From contig JACCQS010000380.1 of NCBI GenBank assembly GCA_013814015.1, positions 1 to 34,138 of the forward strand: DNA of 34,138 nt, written 5' to 3'. The first letter of the stretch is position 1; each line of letters opens with the position of its first letter. Below are positions 1 through 9,170 of this stretch, piece after piece. The notes beneath the pieces are model-generated. The model worked only from the letters and a program-made list of their open reading frames with translations. It made no database searches and was not told where the DNA came from. Source of the stretch: Geodermatophilaceae bacterium (GTDB lineage Bacteria; Actinomycetota; Actinomycetes; Mycobacteriales; Geodermatophilaceae). The translations under genes and the position numbers were made by a program.

Positions 1-209
1 TCGGTCGCGTCGATCGGCTCCGCGGTCACCGTGGCATCTCGCTCGGGCACCGGGCCACGCTACCGAGAGTGCCTGGCCCGCCTCGCAGGGGCCGAAGCCC
101 CACAAATCCTTTGCGGCCATGCAACCTCCGATCGGCAGCCGGCGTATCCATTCCACGACATCACCGCGGTGTCGCGCATCAAACTCACCGACCCGGAAGG
201 GGTCATGAC

Positions 210-776
210 ATGAGGACCTGGCTCAAGGGGATTGCGATCGCCGCAACCATCGCTTCGATTGCACTTGTAGTTCCAACATCCATTGCACAGGCGGCGCCGT
301 ACTGCGGGATCACCTGGGGATCCCTGGACAAGGCTGCCGGGACTCTTTCGAACGACGCGCTGTACAACGTCCGAGCTGGCCGGCACGCCTGCTTTGACCG
401 GCTGGTCATGGACGTCACGGACGTCGATGTCGGGGGAACCCCGGCCGGTTACACCGTGCGCTACGTCTCCGCCGTACGTCAGGACGGCTCGGGCAACGTC
501 GTCCCGCTGCGGGGCGGGGCGTTCCTGGAGATTGTCCTGCAGGTCTCCACGTCGGACCCGTTCAACGGTTCGCCGACCTACTTGCCGATCAACCCGAGGG
601 AACTGGTCAACGTCAACGGATACCAGACCTTCCGGCAGGTCGCCAGCGGCGGCAGCTTCGAGGGTTATACGACGATCGGACTGGGTGTCCGTGCCCGGTT
701 GCCCTTCCGGGTTTTCACCCTGGACGGTCCTGCCGATGGATCACGCGTGGTGATTGACGTCGCCCACCGCTGGTAG
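210..776 (+). CDS. Secreted protein of unknown function (AMIN-like domain suspected)
   Basis: In-frame ATG at 210 inside ORF 69..776, preceded by GAAGGGG. N-terminus MRTWLKGIAIAATIASIALVVPTSIAQA looks like a Sec signal peptide with an AQA cleavage site. The C-terminal ...SRVVIDVAHRW resembles actinobacterial AMIN-like secreted domains. No catalytic motif recognised. Confidence 0.7.
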   Translation: MRTWLKGIAIAATIASIALVVPTSIAQAAPYCGITWGSLDKAAGTLSNDALYNVRAGRHACFDRLVMDVTDVDVGGTPAGYTVRYVSAVRQDGSGNVVPLRGGAFLEIVLQVSTSDPFNGSPTYLPINPRELVNVNGYQTFRQVASGGSFEGYTTIGLGVRARLPFRVFTLDGPADGSRVVIDVAHRW

Positions 777-793
777 TCGAGAACGCCGCCAAA

Positions 794-845
794 GTGGTCA
801 CCAACTGCACCGGACACCGCCGGACGGATGCAGTTTGGTGACCAC
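794..845. terminator. Bidirectional hairpin between convergent genes
   Basis: GTGGTCACCAACTGCA (794-809) pairs with TGCAGTTTGGTGACCAC (829-845), giving a 16-17 bp stem with one bulged A and a 19-nt loop. It sits between the stop at 776 (+) and the stop at 851 (-). Confidence 0.6.
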
Positions 846-850
846 TCAGG

Positions 851-2929
851 TCAGGCAAAGCCGATCTGTGGCTGCCGCAATCGGAGGATGTGGGCCACCT
901 CGCGATGCGGGCCGAGTTCGACGTAGTTGTACTGACCCCACTCGAACTCCGCCCCGGTGAGTTCGTCGATCACCGGAAAGCGGTCTGCCCAGTCCAGCCC
1001 GAGTGCGGGCATGTCGAGGGCGGTGGTCCCGATCTGCGGGCCGTAGGGATCCAGCGAGCAGACGACCAGCACCACATCCCGGCTGCCCGGGTCGGACTTG
1101 GAGAAGCAGAGCAGGTTGCCGTTCTCGATGTGGTGGAACTGCACTGTCCGCAGCTGCTGCAGCGCTGGATGCGCGCGCCGGATCTCGTTGAGCCGGCGCA
1201 GGAACGGGGCCAGTGACTGGCCGGCGGCCTCGGCGGCGGCATAGTCCCTGGGCCGGAGCTGGTATTTCTCCGAGTCGAGATACTCCTCGCTGCCCGGCCG
1301 GACCGGGCGATGCTCGAAGAGCTCGTAACCGGAGTACACCCCCCAGCTCGGCGCCATCATCGAGGCCAGCACGGCGCGGATCTTGAACATCTGCGGGCCG
1401 CCGACCTGCAGCGACTCGTGCAGGATGTCCTGGGTGTTGACGAAGAAGTTGGGCCGCATGTAGTCGGCGGCCTGGGCCAGCTCCTGGCCGTACTCCTCGA
1501 GTTCGGTCTTGCCGGTCCGCCAGGTGAAGTAGGTATAGGACTGGGTGAACCCGAGCTTGGCCAGGGTGTGCATCATCGCCGGTCGGGTGAAGGCCTCGGC
1601 GAGGAAGAGCACGTCGGGATCGGTCTTCTTGATCTCCCAGATCAGCCAGTGCCAGAAGTTCAGCGGCTTGGTGTGTGGGTTGTCGACCCGGAAGACCCGC
1701 ACGCCGCGGTCCACCCAGAGCTTGGTGATACGGAGCACCTCGGCGTAGAGCCCGGCAGGGTCGTTGTCGAAGTTGAGCGGGTAGATGTCCTGGTATTTCT
1801 TGGGCGGGTTCTCCGCGTAGGCGATCGTGCCGTCCGGCTTCGTGGTGAACCAATCCGGGTGCTCGGTGACCCAGGGATGGTCGGGGGCACACTGCAGCGC
1901 GAGATCCAGGGCAACTTCCATTCCCAGCTCCCGCGTCTGGCTTACGAAGTCTGCGAAGTCCTGCTCGGTTCCCAGCCCACGGTGGATGGCGTCGTGCCCG
2001 CCTTCCTTGCTGCCGATCGCCCACGGACTGCCTACATCTTCCGGACCGGGATCCAGGGTGTTGTTGGGTCCCTTCCGGTTGACCTCGCCGATGGGATGGA
2101 TCGGGGGGAGATAGACGACGTCGAAGGCCATCTCGGCGATGGCTGGCAGCCGCTTGGCGGCATCGGTGAAGCTGCCGTGGACCGGCTTGCCATTCGCGTC
2201 GAGCCCGCCCTCGGAACGGGGGAAGAATTCATACCAGGAGCCGTAGAGCGCCCGCTGTCGATCCACCCAGATCTCGTGCCGAGCTGAGCGGGTGACCATC
2301 TCCCGCACCGGAGTTGCCTGCAGCAAGGCGTCGACCTGCGTACTGAATGCCGAGGCGACCCGCGCGGTGAGACCGGAGTTCTCGTTTCGGAGTTGGCCTG
2401 CCGCCTCGCGCAGCGTCCTACGGTTGGGCCCCGTTGCGCCGGCGGCTGCCCGGTCGAGGATGCCGGCGCCGAGCTCTAGGTCGTTGGCGAGTTCGGCCGC
2501 ATCCTGACCCGCGTCGAGTTTGACATGTACGGCGTGCAGCCAGGTCGCCCACGGGTCCCGCCATCCTTCTACGACGAATGTCCACAAGCCTTGTGTCGCC
2601 GGAGTGAGCAGGCAGGTCCAGCGGTCGGGCTCTTCCCCGTCGGGCTGCATCCGCACGACCTGCTGGCGCGAAGCGCCCGGATTTTTATCCGTACCGCCGG
2701 CCCCGTACGAGACGAGCCCGCGGCCCTGGCCTGGGATGTGCGGCTTGCCTGAAGTGCCCTTGGGGGCGGTCCACACGACGGCTGCCGCGACGAGGTCATG
2801 TCCCTCGCCGAACACCGTGGCGGTGATCGGTATCCATTCGCCGACCACGGCGCGCGCGGAGTAGGCGCGGCACGAGACCGACGGAGCGACATCGGCGATT
2901 CCCAGTCGAAGATCAGCGCGTCCAGCCAT
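851..2929 (-). CDS. glgE: Alpha-1,4-glucan:maltose-1-phosphate maltosyltransferase GlgE
   Basis: 692-aa ORF. GlgE-type N-terminal domain (RLGIADVAPSVSCRAY...IPITATVF), YEFFPRSEGG, and GH13 core strings FRVDNPHTKP and LFLAEAFTRP. Confidence 0.93.
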   Translation of the reverse strand: MAGRADLRLGIADVAPSVSCRAYSARAVVGEWIPITATVFGEGHDLVAAAVVWTAPKGTSGKPHIPGQGRGLVSYGAGGTDKNPGASRQQVVRMQPDGEEPDRWTCLLTPATQGLWTFVVEGWRDPWATWLHAVHVKLDAGQDAAELANDLELGAGILDRAAAGATGPNRRTLREAAGQLRNENSGLTARVASAFSTQVDALLQATPVREMVTRSARHEIWVDRQRALYGSWYEFFPRSEGGLDANGKPVHGSFTDAAKRLPAIAEMAFDVVYLPPIHPIGEVNRKGPNNTLDPGPEDVGSPWAIGSKEGGHDAIHRGLGTEQDFADFVSQTRELGMEVALDLALQCAPDHPWVTEHPDWFTTKPDGTIAYAENPPKKYQDIYPLNFDNDPAGLYAEVLRITKLWVDRGVRVFRVDNPHTKPLNFWHWLIWEIKKTDPDVLFLAEAFTRPAMMHTLAKLGFTQSYTYFTWRTGKTELEEYGQELAQAADYMRPNFFVNTQDILHESLQVGGPQMFKIRAVLASMMAPSWGVYSGYELFEHRPVRPGSEEYLDSEKYQLRPRDYAAAEAAGQSLAPFLRRLNEIRRAHPALQQLRTVQFHHIENGNLLCFSKSDPGSRDVVLVVCSLDPYGPQIGTTALDMPALGLDWADRFPVIDELTGAEFEWGQYNYVELGPHREVAHILRLRQPQIGFA

Positions 2930-2981
2930 TGCCCGAGGCTAGCGAGGGAGAAATTCGACCCGGTGGCGGTCCCCAGCAAGG

Positions 2982-3680
2982 TCACTGCGTACGCACGAAG
3001 ACGCCGTCGCACCAGAGCAATTGCCCCGTACGGGGATGGAAGAACCCGGGATCCAGGGCGTGCAGGGAGTACCCCAGATCCCTGAGCCTGGTCAGCATGT
3101 CGTCGAAGAGCTGCTGGCCCTCGTACAGAACGGCAAGAGACAGTTCGAGTTGAACAGCCGCCAAGGAGCCGAGCGCCGTCTGTGCCCCATCCAGGACGGA
3201 CTGCTCGTACCCCTGTGCGTCGATCTTGAGCAGCAAGTTGCTCGGATTCAGGTGGTAGCGCTCGATCAAGGCGTCCACGGTCGTGACCGAAACTTCCTCG
3301 GTCGCGACGACCCGGGCAGCGGGGGTGATCTCCAGCTGCAAAGCTGCGGGCGACAGGAACGACGACGAGTACGAGTTGCGCGCGATATTGATCAGCAGCG
3401 TCGAGTCCTGCGCCCCAGCGGCCAGCGGGACCGCTTCCCATAGCGGGTCGCCGGCCACTCGAGAGGCCAGCCTGCCGTGCGCCAGCGACTGCGGTTCGCA
3501 CGACACGATGCGGCCCGCGAAACCACCGGAACGCAAGCCCGACCCGTACTGCCCGATGTTGGCCCCGACGTCCAACACGGAGTCGATTCCGTGGGTGTCG
3601 ATAATCCGTTGTAGCTGCACGCTGAACGGGCTGCGGGTGATGTCGAGGCCGCGACGGCGGACCTGATTCAGGATGAACAT
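2982..3680 (-). CDS. FkbM-family SAM-dependent methyltransferase
   Basis: VLDVGANIGQYG (motif I) and LLKIDAQGYEQSVL (FkbM K-I-D-x-x-G-x-E motif). Start moved from 3728 to the internal ATG at 3680 because AGGAGG lies 8 nt upstream of it. Confidence 0.85.
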   Translation of the reverse strand: MFILNQVRRRGLDITRSPFSVQLQRIIDTHGIDSVLDVGANIGQYGSGLRSGGFAGRIVSCEPQSLAHGRLASRVAGDPLWEAVPLAAGAQDSTLLINIARNSYSSSFLSPAALQLEITPAARVVATEEVSVTTVDALIERYHLNPSNLLLKIDAQGYEQSVLDGAQTALGSLAAVQLELSLAVLYEGQQLFDDMLTRLRDLGYSLHALDPGFFHPRTGQLLWCDGVFVRTQ

Positions 3681-3798
3681 CTTCGCCGCCTCCTGCCCGA
3701 TGAAGAGCAGATGCCGGGGGGAAACCACGCAGGCACCCTACCGAGGCGGCGAGGTGTGGCCCGCCGGCTCTCGGACGAGCAGCCTTACGGTCAACGCC

Positions 3799-4590
3799 AT
3801 GTCTGGCGATCGTCGGTTGATCACCATCGTGACGCCATGTTTCAATGCCGCGGCAACGCTGCAGGCGACCCTGGCCAGCGTCGCTGCGCAGGGCTATCCG
3901 AACGTCGAACACATCGTCATCGACGGTGGCTCCATAGACGGAACCCTCGACATCTTGGCCCGGACAGCGGGAATCAGCTATGTCTCCGAGCCGGACAGCG
4001 GTCGTGCGGAGGCGGCGAACAAAGGGGTCCGCCTGGGCAGCGGGGAGATCATCGGATGGCTCAACGCTGACGACACCTACGAGCAGGGTGCCCTTCAGGC
4101 CGTCGCCGACGCTTTCGCCGATCCCGCGGACCCGTTGTGGGTCACCGGCTACTGCCGGATCGTGGATGCCGACGGCGTCGAGATACGCAGGGCCGTCACG
4201 TGGTACAAGAACTTCTTGCTCCGGCACTACTCACTGTCGCTCTACCTGACCCAGAATTTCGTGCCCGACCCGGCCACTTTCGTCCGCAGGCACGTCCTGG
4301 ACGAGGTCGGCCTGCTGGATCAGAACTACAAGATCTCCCATGACTACGACATGTGGCTGCGAGTGGCCCGGCTCGGCGACCCAGTGGTCCTACGTCGCTA
4401 TCAGTCGAGGTTCTCGATGAGCGAAGGCACCCTCAGCATGTCGGGTTTCGAGCGACAGTTCGACGAACATGCACGGATCGCCAGGCGCCGCGGGAAGGGT
4501 CACCAGGTCCCGGTCGCGGTCAACATGGTCATGAGCCGCCTTATCGTGCTGGTCTACCGGAGTCTGCGGCTGGTCCGACGGTTGCGCTAG
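3799..4590 (+). CDS. Glycosyltransferase family 2
   Basis: ITIVTPCFNAAATL...HIVIDGGSIDGT...GWLNADDTY (GT-A fold with DxD). ATG at 3799 chosen within ORF 3673..4590 because the upstream extension is Arg/Gly-rich and the GT2 domain starts right after this Met. Confidence 0.85.
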   Translation: MSGDRRLITIVTPCFNAAATLQATLASVAAQGYPNVEHIVIDGGSIDGTLDILARTAGISYVSEPDSGRAEAANKGVRLGSGEIIGWLNADDTYEQGALQAVADAFADPADPLWVTGYCRIVDADGVEIRRAVTWYKNFLLRHYSLSLYLTQNFVPDPATFVRRHVLDEVGLLDQNYKISHDYDMWLRVARLGDPVVLRRYQSRFSMSEGTLSMSGFERQFDEHARIARRRGKGHQVPVAVNMVMSRLIVLVYRSLRLVRRLR

Positions 4591-4619
4591 TCCGAGCCGG
4601 CCGCTGCCGATGCACCAGG

Positions 4620-5609
4620 TCAACCGAGCGGCTCTGCGCGTCTCTTCAGGGGCTCCCACCAGTCGCGATTGTTCCGATACCAGGCCACCGTGTCGGCCAA
4701 ACCCTCGTCCAGCGTCACTGCCGGTTCAAAGCCGAGCTCGGTGCCGATCTTGGAAATGTCAAGGGAGTACCGGCGGTCGTGGCCCTTGCGGTCATCGACC
4801 GGCACTACCGACTTCCACGTGGCTCCGCAGGCGGCGAGCAGTTTCTCGGTCAGCTCCCGGTTAGTGAGCTCGGTACCGCCGCCGATGTGATAGACCTCGC
4901 CGGCCCGGCCCGCCCGCAGCGCGAGGGCGATGCCCGCGCAGTGATCATCCACGTGCAGCCAGTCACGGACGTTGAGTCCGTCGCCGTACAGCGGAACGGT
5001 CCCTCCGTCCAGGAGGTTCGTCACGAACAACGGGATGACCTTCTCCGGGAACTGGTAGGGCCCATAGTTGTTCGAGCACCGGGTCACCACCACGTCGAAG
5101 CCGTGGGTGCGGAAGGAGGCCAGGGCCATCAGGTCACTCGACGCCTTGGATGCGGCATAGGGCGAGCGGGGTGCCAACGGCTGGTCCTCGGCCCACGAGC
5201 CTTTTTCGATGGAGCCGTACACCTCGTCGGTGGACACGTGCAGGAAGCGGGCGACACCATGGCGACCAGCGGCTTCAAGGAGAACCTGAGTACCCAGGAC
5301 ATTGGTGCTCACGAATGCTGTGGCACCGAGGATCGAGCGGTCGACGTGAGACTCCGCGGCGAAGTGGACCACCGCGTCGTGACCTGGCATCACGTCATCG
5401 ACGAGGGCTCTGTCGGTGATGTCGGCTTCGATAAAGCTCAGCCGGGGGTCAGCCTCGACGGGACGGAGATTGTCTCGATTTCCTGAGTATGTGAGCGCAT
5501 CCAGCACAGTCACATTCGCAAGCTCGAGACCGGCGTAGCTACCGCTCAGGGCGCTGCGGACGAAATGAGAACCGATGAACCCGGCACCGCCGGTGATGAG
5601 GACTCGCAC
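4620..5609 (-). CDS. rmlB: dTDP-glucose 4,6-dehydratase
   Basis: [16 protein letters not shown] Rossmann start, [11 protein letters not shown] (YxxxK), [17 protein letters not shown] at 5609 preferred over TTG at 5627. Confidence 0.94.
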   Translation of the reverse strand: MRVLITGGAGFIGSHFVRSALSGSYAGLELANVTVLDALTYSGNRDNLRPVEADPRLSFIEADITDRALVDDVMPGHDAVVHFAAESHVDRSILGATAFVSTNVLGTQVLLEAAGRHGVARFLHVSTDEVYGSIEKGSWAEDQPLAPRSPYAASKASSDLMALASFRTHGFDVVVTRCSNNYGPYQFPEKVIPLFVTNLLDGGTVPLYGDGLNVRDWLHVDDHCAGIALALRAGRAGEVYHIGGGTELTNRELTEKLLAACGATWKSVVPVDDRKGHDRRYSLDISKIGTELGFEPAVTLDEGLADTVAWYRNNRDWWEPLKRRAEPLG

Positions 5610-5650
5610 GGGCTGCCAGCCTAGCAAGGCAGGTCGTTAGGGTCGGGCCG

Positions 5651-6547
5651 GTGAAGGGCATCATCCTGGCCGGAGGAACCGGCTCGCGGCTGTCCCCGAT
5701 CACTCGCGCGGTGTCCAAGCAACTGATGCCCATCTACGACAAACCGATGATCTATTACCCCCTCTCGACGCTCATCCACGCCGGTATCCGAGACATCCTG
5801 GTAATCACCACACCCGAGGACAGTGCGCAGTTCCGCCAGCTGCTCGGCGACGGGTCCGAGCTCGGATTGGCGATCAGCTATGCGGTGCAGCCGCGCCCGG
5901 AGGGTCTGGCCCAAGCCTTAACTATCGGCGCCGACTTCATCGGGACCGAACCGGTGGGACTGGTCCTGGGGGACAACATCTTTCACGGTGTCGAACTCGG
6001 CGAGCAGCTCCGGGCCGAGGGCAACCTGAGCGGTGGTCTCGTGTTCGCCTACCAGGTTGCCAACCCCGCCGAGTACGGCGTCGTCGAGTTCGACGAGCAC
6101 GGGAGCGTCGTGTCGATCGAGGAAAAGCCGGCACGCCCAAAATCGCGTTATGCGGTGCCGGGGCTCTACTTCTACGACAACTCCGTCGTCGAGATCGCCC
6201 GGGGGCTGACGCCTAGCGCTCGCGGCGAGCTGGAGATCACCGCGGTCAACGAAGCGTATCTGCGGGCGGGCCGGTTACGGGTCAGCCTGCTCTCCCGTGG
6301 AACCGCGTGGTTGGACACCGGCACGTTCTCCTCCATGATGGCCGCCGCCGAGTACGTACGGGTTATCGAGGAGCGCCAAGGACTGAAGATCGGCTGCATC
6401 GAGGAAGCCGCCTGGAGGCAGGGCTTTGTCGACGATGATGCCCTGGCCGCACTTGCCGAGCCGCTGCGCAAGAGTGGGTACGGGGACTATCTGCTCGACT
6501 TGTTGACGACCGCGGCCGCACCGGTCGGGATGACCGGGTCGGACTGA
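5651..6547 (+). CDS. rmlA: Glucose-1-phosphate thymidylyltransferase
   Basis: [18 protein letters not shown]...[19 protein letters not shown]...LGDNIF...EKP; GTG start at 5651. Confidence 0.96.
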   Translation: MKGIILAGGTGSRLSPITRAVSKQLMPIYDKPMIYYPLSTLIHAGIRDILVITTPEDSAQFRQLLGDGSELGLAISYAVQPRPEGLAQALTIGADFIGTEPVGLVLGDNIFHGVELGEQLRAEGNLSGGLVFAYQVANPAEYGVVEFDEHGSVVSIEEKPARPKSRYAVPGLYFYDNSVVEIARGLTPSARGELEITAVNEAYLRAGRLRVSLLSRGTAWLDTGTFSSMMAAAEYVRVIEERQGLKIGCIEEAAWRQGFVDDDALAALAEPLRKSGYGDYLLDLLTTAAAPVGMTGSD

Positions 6548-6548
6548 T

Positions 6549-7175
6549 ATGCAGGCCCGTCCACTACGGATCTCCGGTGCCGTCGAGTTCACACCACGTC
6601 AGCACGGGGACAACCGCGGTCTGTTCCTGGAGTGGTTCCGCGCCGATGAGCTCGCAGCCGCAATCGGCCATCCGTTGCATCTTGCCCAGGCCAACCTGTC
6701 GATCTCCACGCGTGGCGTCGTCCGTGGCATTCACTACGCCGCTGTCCCTCCCGGTCAGGCGAAGTACGTGACGTGCATCAGTGGGCGGGTCCTCGACGTC
6801 GTGGTGGACCTGCGGGTGGGCTCGCCGACCTTCGGGACATGGGACAGCGTCGTCCTCGACGACTCCGATCGCCGTGCGGTCTACCTTGCCGAAGGCCTCG
6901 GGCACGGCTTCTGCGCGCTCACCGACCATGTGGCGGTGACCTACCTGTGTTCGCAGCCGTACACCCCCGAGCGTGAGCATGGGGTGCACGCGTTCGATAG
7001 GGACATCGGCATCGACTGGCAGATCGCCGAGGTCACGATCTCTGACCGCGACGCAGCAGCGCCGAGTCTGGCGCAAGCACTGGCGGCCGGAACGTTGCCG
7101 GATTTCGGTGTGTGTGCCGGGTACGCCGAGGGACTGCGAGCTGACGAGCTGACCGACAGAATCACCAAGCCATGA
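6549..7175 (+). CDS. rmlC: dTDP-4-dehydrorhamnose 3,5-epimerase
   Basis: FTPRQHGDNRGLFLEWF...RGIHYA...KYVTCISGRVLDVVVDLR...GHGF cupin epimerase pattern. Start lies 1 nt after the rmlA stop. Confidence 0.92.
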   Translation: MQARPLRISGAVEFTPRQHGDNRGLFLEWFRADELAAAIGHPLHLAQANLSISTRGVVRGIHYAAVPPGQAKYVTCISGRVLDVVVDLRVGSPTFGTWDSVVLDDSDRRAVYLAEGLGHGFCALTDHVAVTYLCSQPYTPEREHGVHAFDRDIGIDWQIAEVTISDRDAAAPSLAQALAAGTLPDFGVCAGYAEGLRADELTDRITKP

Positions 7176-9132
7176 CGCGGTCGGCCAACTCCGGGTCGAT
7201 CAACTGACGGATCGCGGCGAGGAGCTGCGGTCCGACGGCGACGAGGTTGTCCGGGGAAGCGAGCAGGACGCGTTCGGTGGCCTCCGCGGCTGCTGCGACG
7301 GTGTTTTCCTCGACGACCGAGTCGGGGACAGTGGCTTGAGCGTCGAAGGTCCAGTTATCGGTCAGTCCCAGGAACCATTGGGTCATGCTGTATCCGCTGG
7401 TCCGGCTGTCCGAAGGAGCAGAGAGGTAGAAGACCGGCCTTCCCGGGAACGCTGCGGAGAACCGGTCGACATCCTCGATCATGCCTGCTGCCAATGGTGG
7501 CTGCCGGATCAGTTCTTCGCTGACGTCACGCCCGAGAGCGCCCGGAGCGTTCGCGGCGATGGCGAAGGGAGGGGGGTCCGGTACCGCGAGGCCGAAGATC
7601 TGGGTCGCGGCCACCGAGAGCGCACCGACTGTCACTGCGCTCGGGAGACGTGCCACCCGCAGCCTGGGCGTGCGGCTCACCAGGGCTGCGACCCCGATCG
7701 CCAGCACCACCACCGACAGTAACTCCAGAGCCGTGAGGTACTTCCAGAAGTAGTAGGAGAGCTCTCCGGCTGTGGCCAGCTGATAGCCGCCCAGAATGCC
7801 GGCGCCCACGATGCCGGTCACCGGCAACGTTGCCAGCCAGGCACTTCGAACGTCGATGGCGCGGCGCCGGCCTTGGTCCGGGCTGGCGGTGAACTGCGGG
7901 ACGAGCAGACAGGCGGCGAGAGCGCTGAGCACAAGTACCAGTACCAAGCCGAGCGGGGGAATCGAGACGCCGCCCGGAGTGGCCAGCACAGTCAATGGAA
8001 CGTCGAGAACGATGACCACCGCCCAGCCCAGGCCGCCAATTGTCGCTGCGGCTATTGCTGCGCAGAGCCACAGCGCCCATCGGTCAGCCACCCAACGGCG
8101 CCGACGTAACGGCATCAGCGTCAACAGGAGCGCTGGCAGGGCGAGGACGAGCAACATCGCCCAGCCGTGCGCGATCCCGACCACGGCTCCCCCCAGTGCC
8201 GCGAGATGCAGCGGATTCGGTACCGCTTCGAGCGGCACCGTCAGCATCGGTACTGCGGCTGCCAATGCGGCGGCAAGCAGGAAGTTGGGAAAGCCGTCCT
8301 GCAAGGCAGCGCCACCCGGGCCGAGCAAGAAGGCGGCTGCGACCAGCGCCACCAGGGGCAGGGCAACGGTCGGGCGGCGCCGCAGGCTCGACAACGCACA
8401 CAGGCCAGCGCACACCATCACAACGGCCGTCAGCACCACCAGCCCGACAGCCTGCGTGTACGTGGTGATCTCCGCGTCTGCAGATCCCGGCGTAGGACTT
8501 CCGACCAGCTCCATCAGCCCGGCGACCGTCGCGTGGAAGCTCTGCGGGTATCCGTCGAAGTGGTAGACCTGACCGGCCGACTCCGGCGTGGGCAGTCCTT
8601 GCGCCGTGACTGCGTGGATGCGAATCGAATGAGTCATCGAATAGTGGGCTGAGTTGTCCCAGCCGGCGGTCAGCATGGCCATCGCCGATGTGCCACTCTT
8701 TGCCTGTAGCCACTTCCACAGCACACCTGCCGCTGCTAGTCCTGCGAGCAGCGGAAGGGCGTCGACCAGCCGGAGGCGCGGGAGCAGAAGCCGTGCCCTG
8801 AGCATCGGTTCACGCGCTATCACGAGCCAGCCGACGAGAGCCGCCGCGACGACCGCGACGAGCAGCGCGCTTCGTCCTGTCCCGCCCGTCGGCAGGTCCC
8901 ACCAGTAGAGAACTGGAACCCAGCCGAAAAAGAGGCATCCGGCCAGCAGCAGACGCCGGGAGAGAATTCGCGAGGTAGGTACCGCGAGAACGATCAGCAC
9001 CGAGATTGCCAGCGAAAGACTACCGGGGACGACGTCGCTGGCCAGGGCCAAGATGACCACGGTGCCGACGATGATGGCGGCCACGACTGCGCGGATGGCG
9101 CGGGCGGTAACCCTCACCTCCTGGTCGAACAC
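7162..9132 (-). CDS. Large polytopic membrane protein, candidate GT-C-type glycosyltransferase (paralog of 9168..11216)
   Basis: 656-aa ORF, many hydrophobic segments by eye, soluble C-terminal ~130 aa. Shares the collinear motif W-D-x3-H ... Y-P-(Q/N)-S-F-H with the neighbouring protein at nearly the same residue numbers (WDNSAH 158-163, YPQSFH 195-200). GTG start. Confidence 0.8.
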   Translation of the reverse strand: MFDQEVRVTARAIRAVVAAIIVGTVVILALASDVVPGSLSLAISVLIVLAVPTSRILSRRLLLAGCLFFGWVPVLYWWDLPTGGTGRSALLVAVVAAALVGWLVIAREPMLRARLLLPRLRLVDALPLLAGLAAAGVLWKWLQAKSGTSAMAMLTAGWDNSAHYSMTHSIRIHAVTAQGLPTPESAGQVYHFDGYPQSFHATVAGLMELVGSPTPGSADAEITTYTQAVGLVVLTAVVMVCAGLCALSSLRRRPTVALPLVALVAAAFLLGPGGAALQDGFPNFLLAAALAAAVPMLTVPLEAVPNPLHLAALGGAVVGIAHGWAMLLVLALPALLLTLMPLRRRRWVADRWALWLCAAIAAATIGGLGWAVVIVLDVPLTVLATPGGVSIPPLGLVLVLVLSALAACLLVPQFTASPDQGRRRAIDVRSAWLATLPVTGIVGAGILGGYQLATAGELSYYFWKYLTALELLSVVVLAIGVAALVSRTPRLRVARLPSAVTVGALSVAATQIFGLAVPDPPPFAIAANAPGALGRDVSEELIRQPPLAAGMIEDVDRFSAAFPGRPVFYLSAPSDSRTSGYSMTQWFLGLTDNWTFDAQATVPDSVVEENTVAAAAEATERVLLASPDNLVAVGPQLLAAIRQLIDPELADRVMAW

Positions 9133-9170
9133 CGAGCCAGTGTCTCACTCAACTCCAACTAGGCTCGGTG
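9130..9170. repeat. Perfect 9-bp inverted repeat embedding both divergent GTG start codons
   Basis: CACCGAGCC (9130-9138) and GGCTCGGTG (9162-9170) flank a 23-nt spacer AGTGTCTCACTCAACTCCAACTA (10/23 GC). Each arm ends in the annotated GTG start of one of the two paralogous membrane-protein genes. Confidence 0.75.

Noticed and set aside
1-209. Possible minus-strand gene start (ATG at 120 reading off the left edge).
   Set aside because: Only ~40 codons are visible, with no motif and only moderate GC3. That is not enough to support a call. The region may simply be the promoter or leader of the secreted-protein gene.
846-2287. Long alternative-frame and antisense ORFs inside glgE (846..2024 -, 1310..2287 +).
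   Set aside because: Low-complexity Arg/Gly/Pro-rich products. The glgE frame has clear family motifs over its full length.
2569-4227. 552-aa minus-strand ORF spanning the glgE 5' end, the FkbM gene, an intergenic region and the GT2 gene.
   Set aside because: Arg/Pro/Gly/Ala-rich translation with no recognisable domain. It overlaps three well-supported CDSs in other frames or on the other strand, so it is a typical high-GC shadow ORF.
4353-5486. 377-aa plus-strand ORF antisense to rmlB.
   Set aside because: No motifs. rmlB on the opposite strand is unambiguous.
4620-7175. Absence of rmlD next to rmlB/rmlA/rmlC.
   Set aside because: The rml genes are commonly dispersed in actinobacteria; in M. 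tuberculosis rmlD sits with wbbL1, away from rmlA/B/C. The absence from this window is therefore not anomalous.
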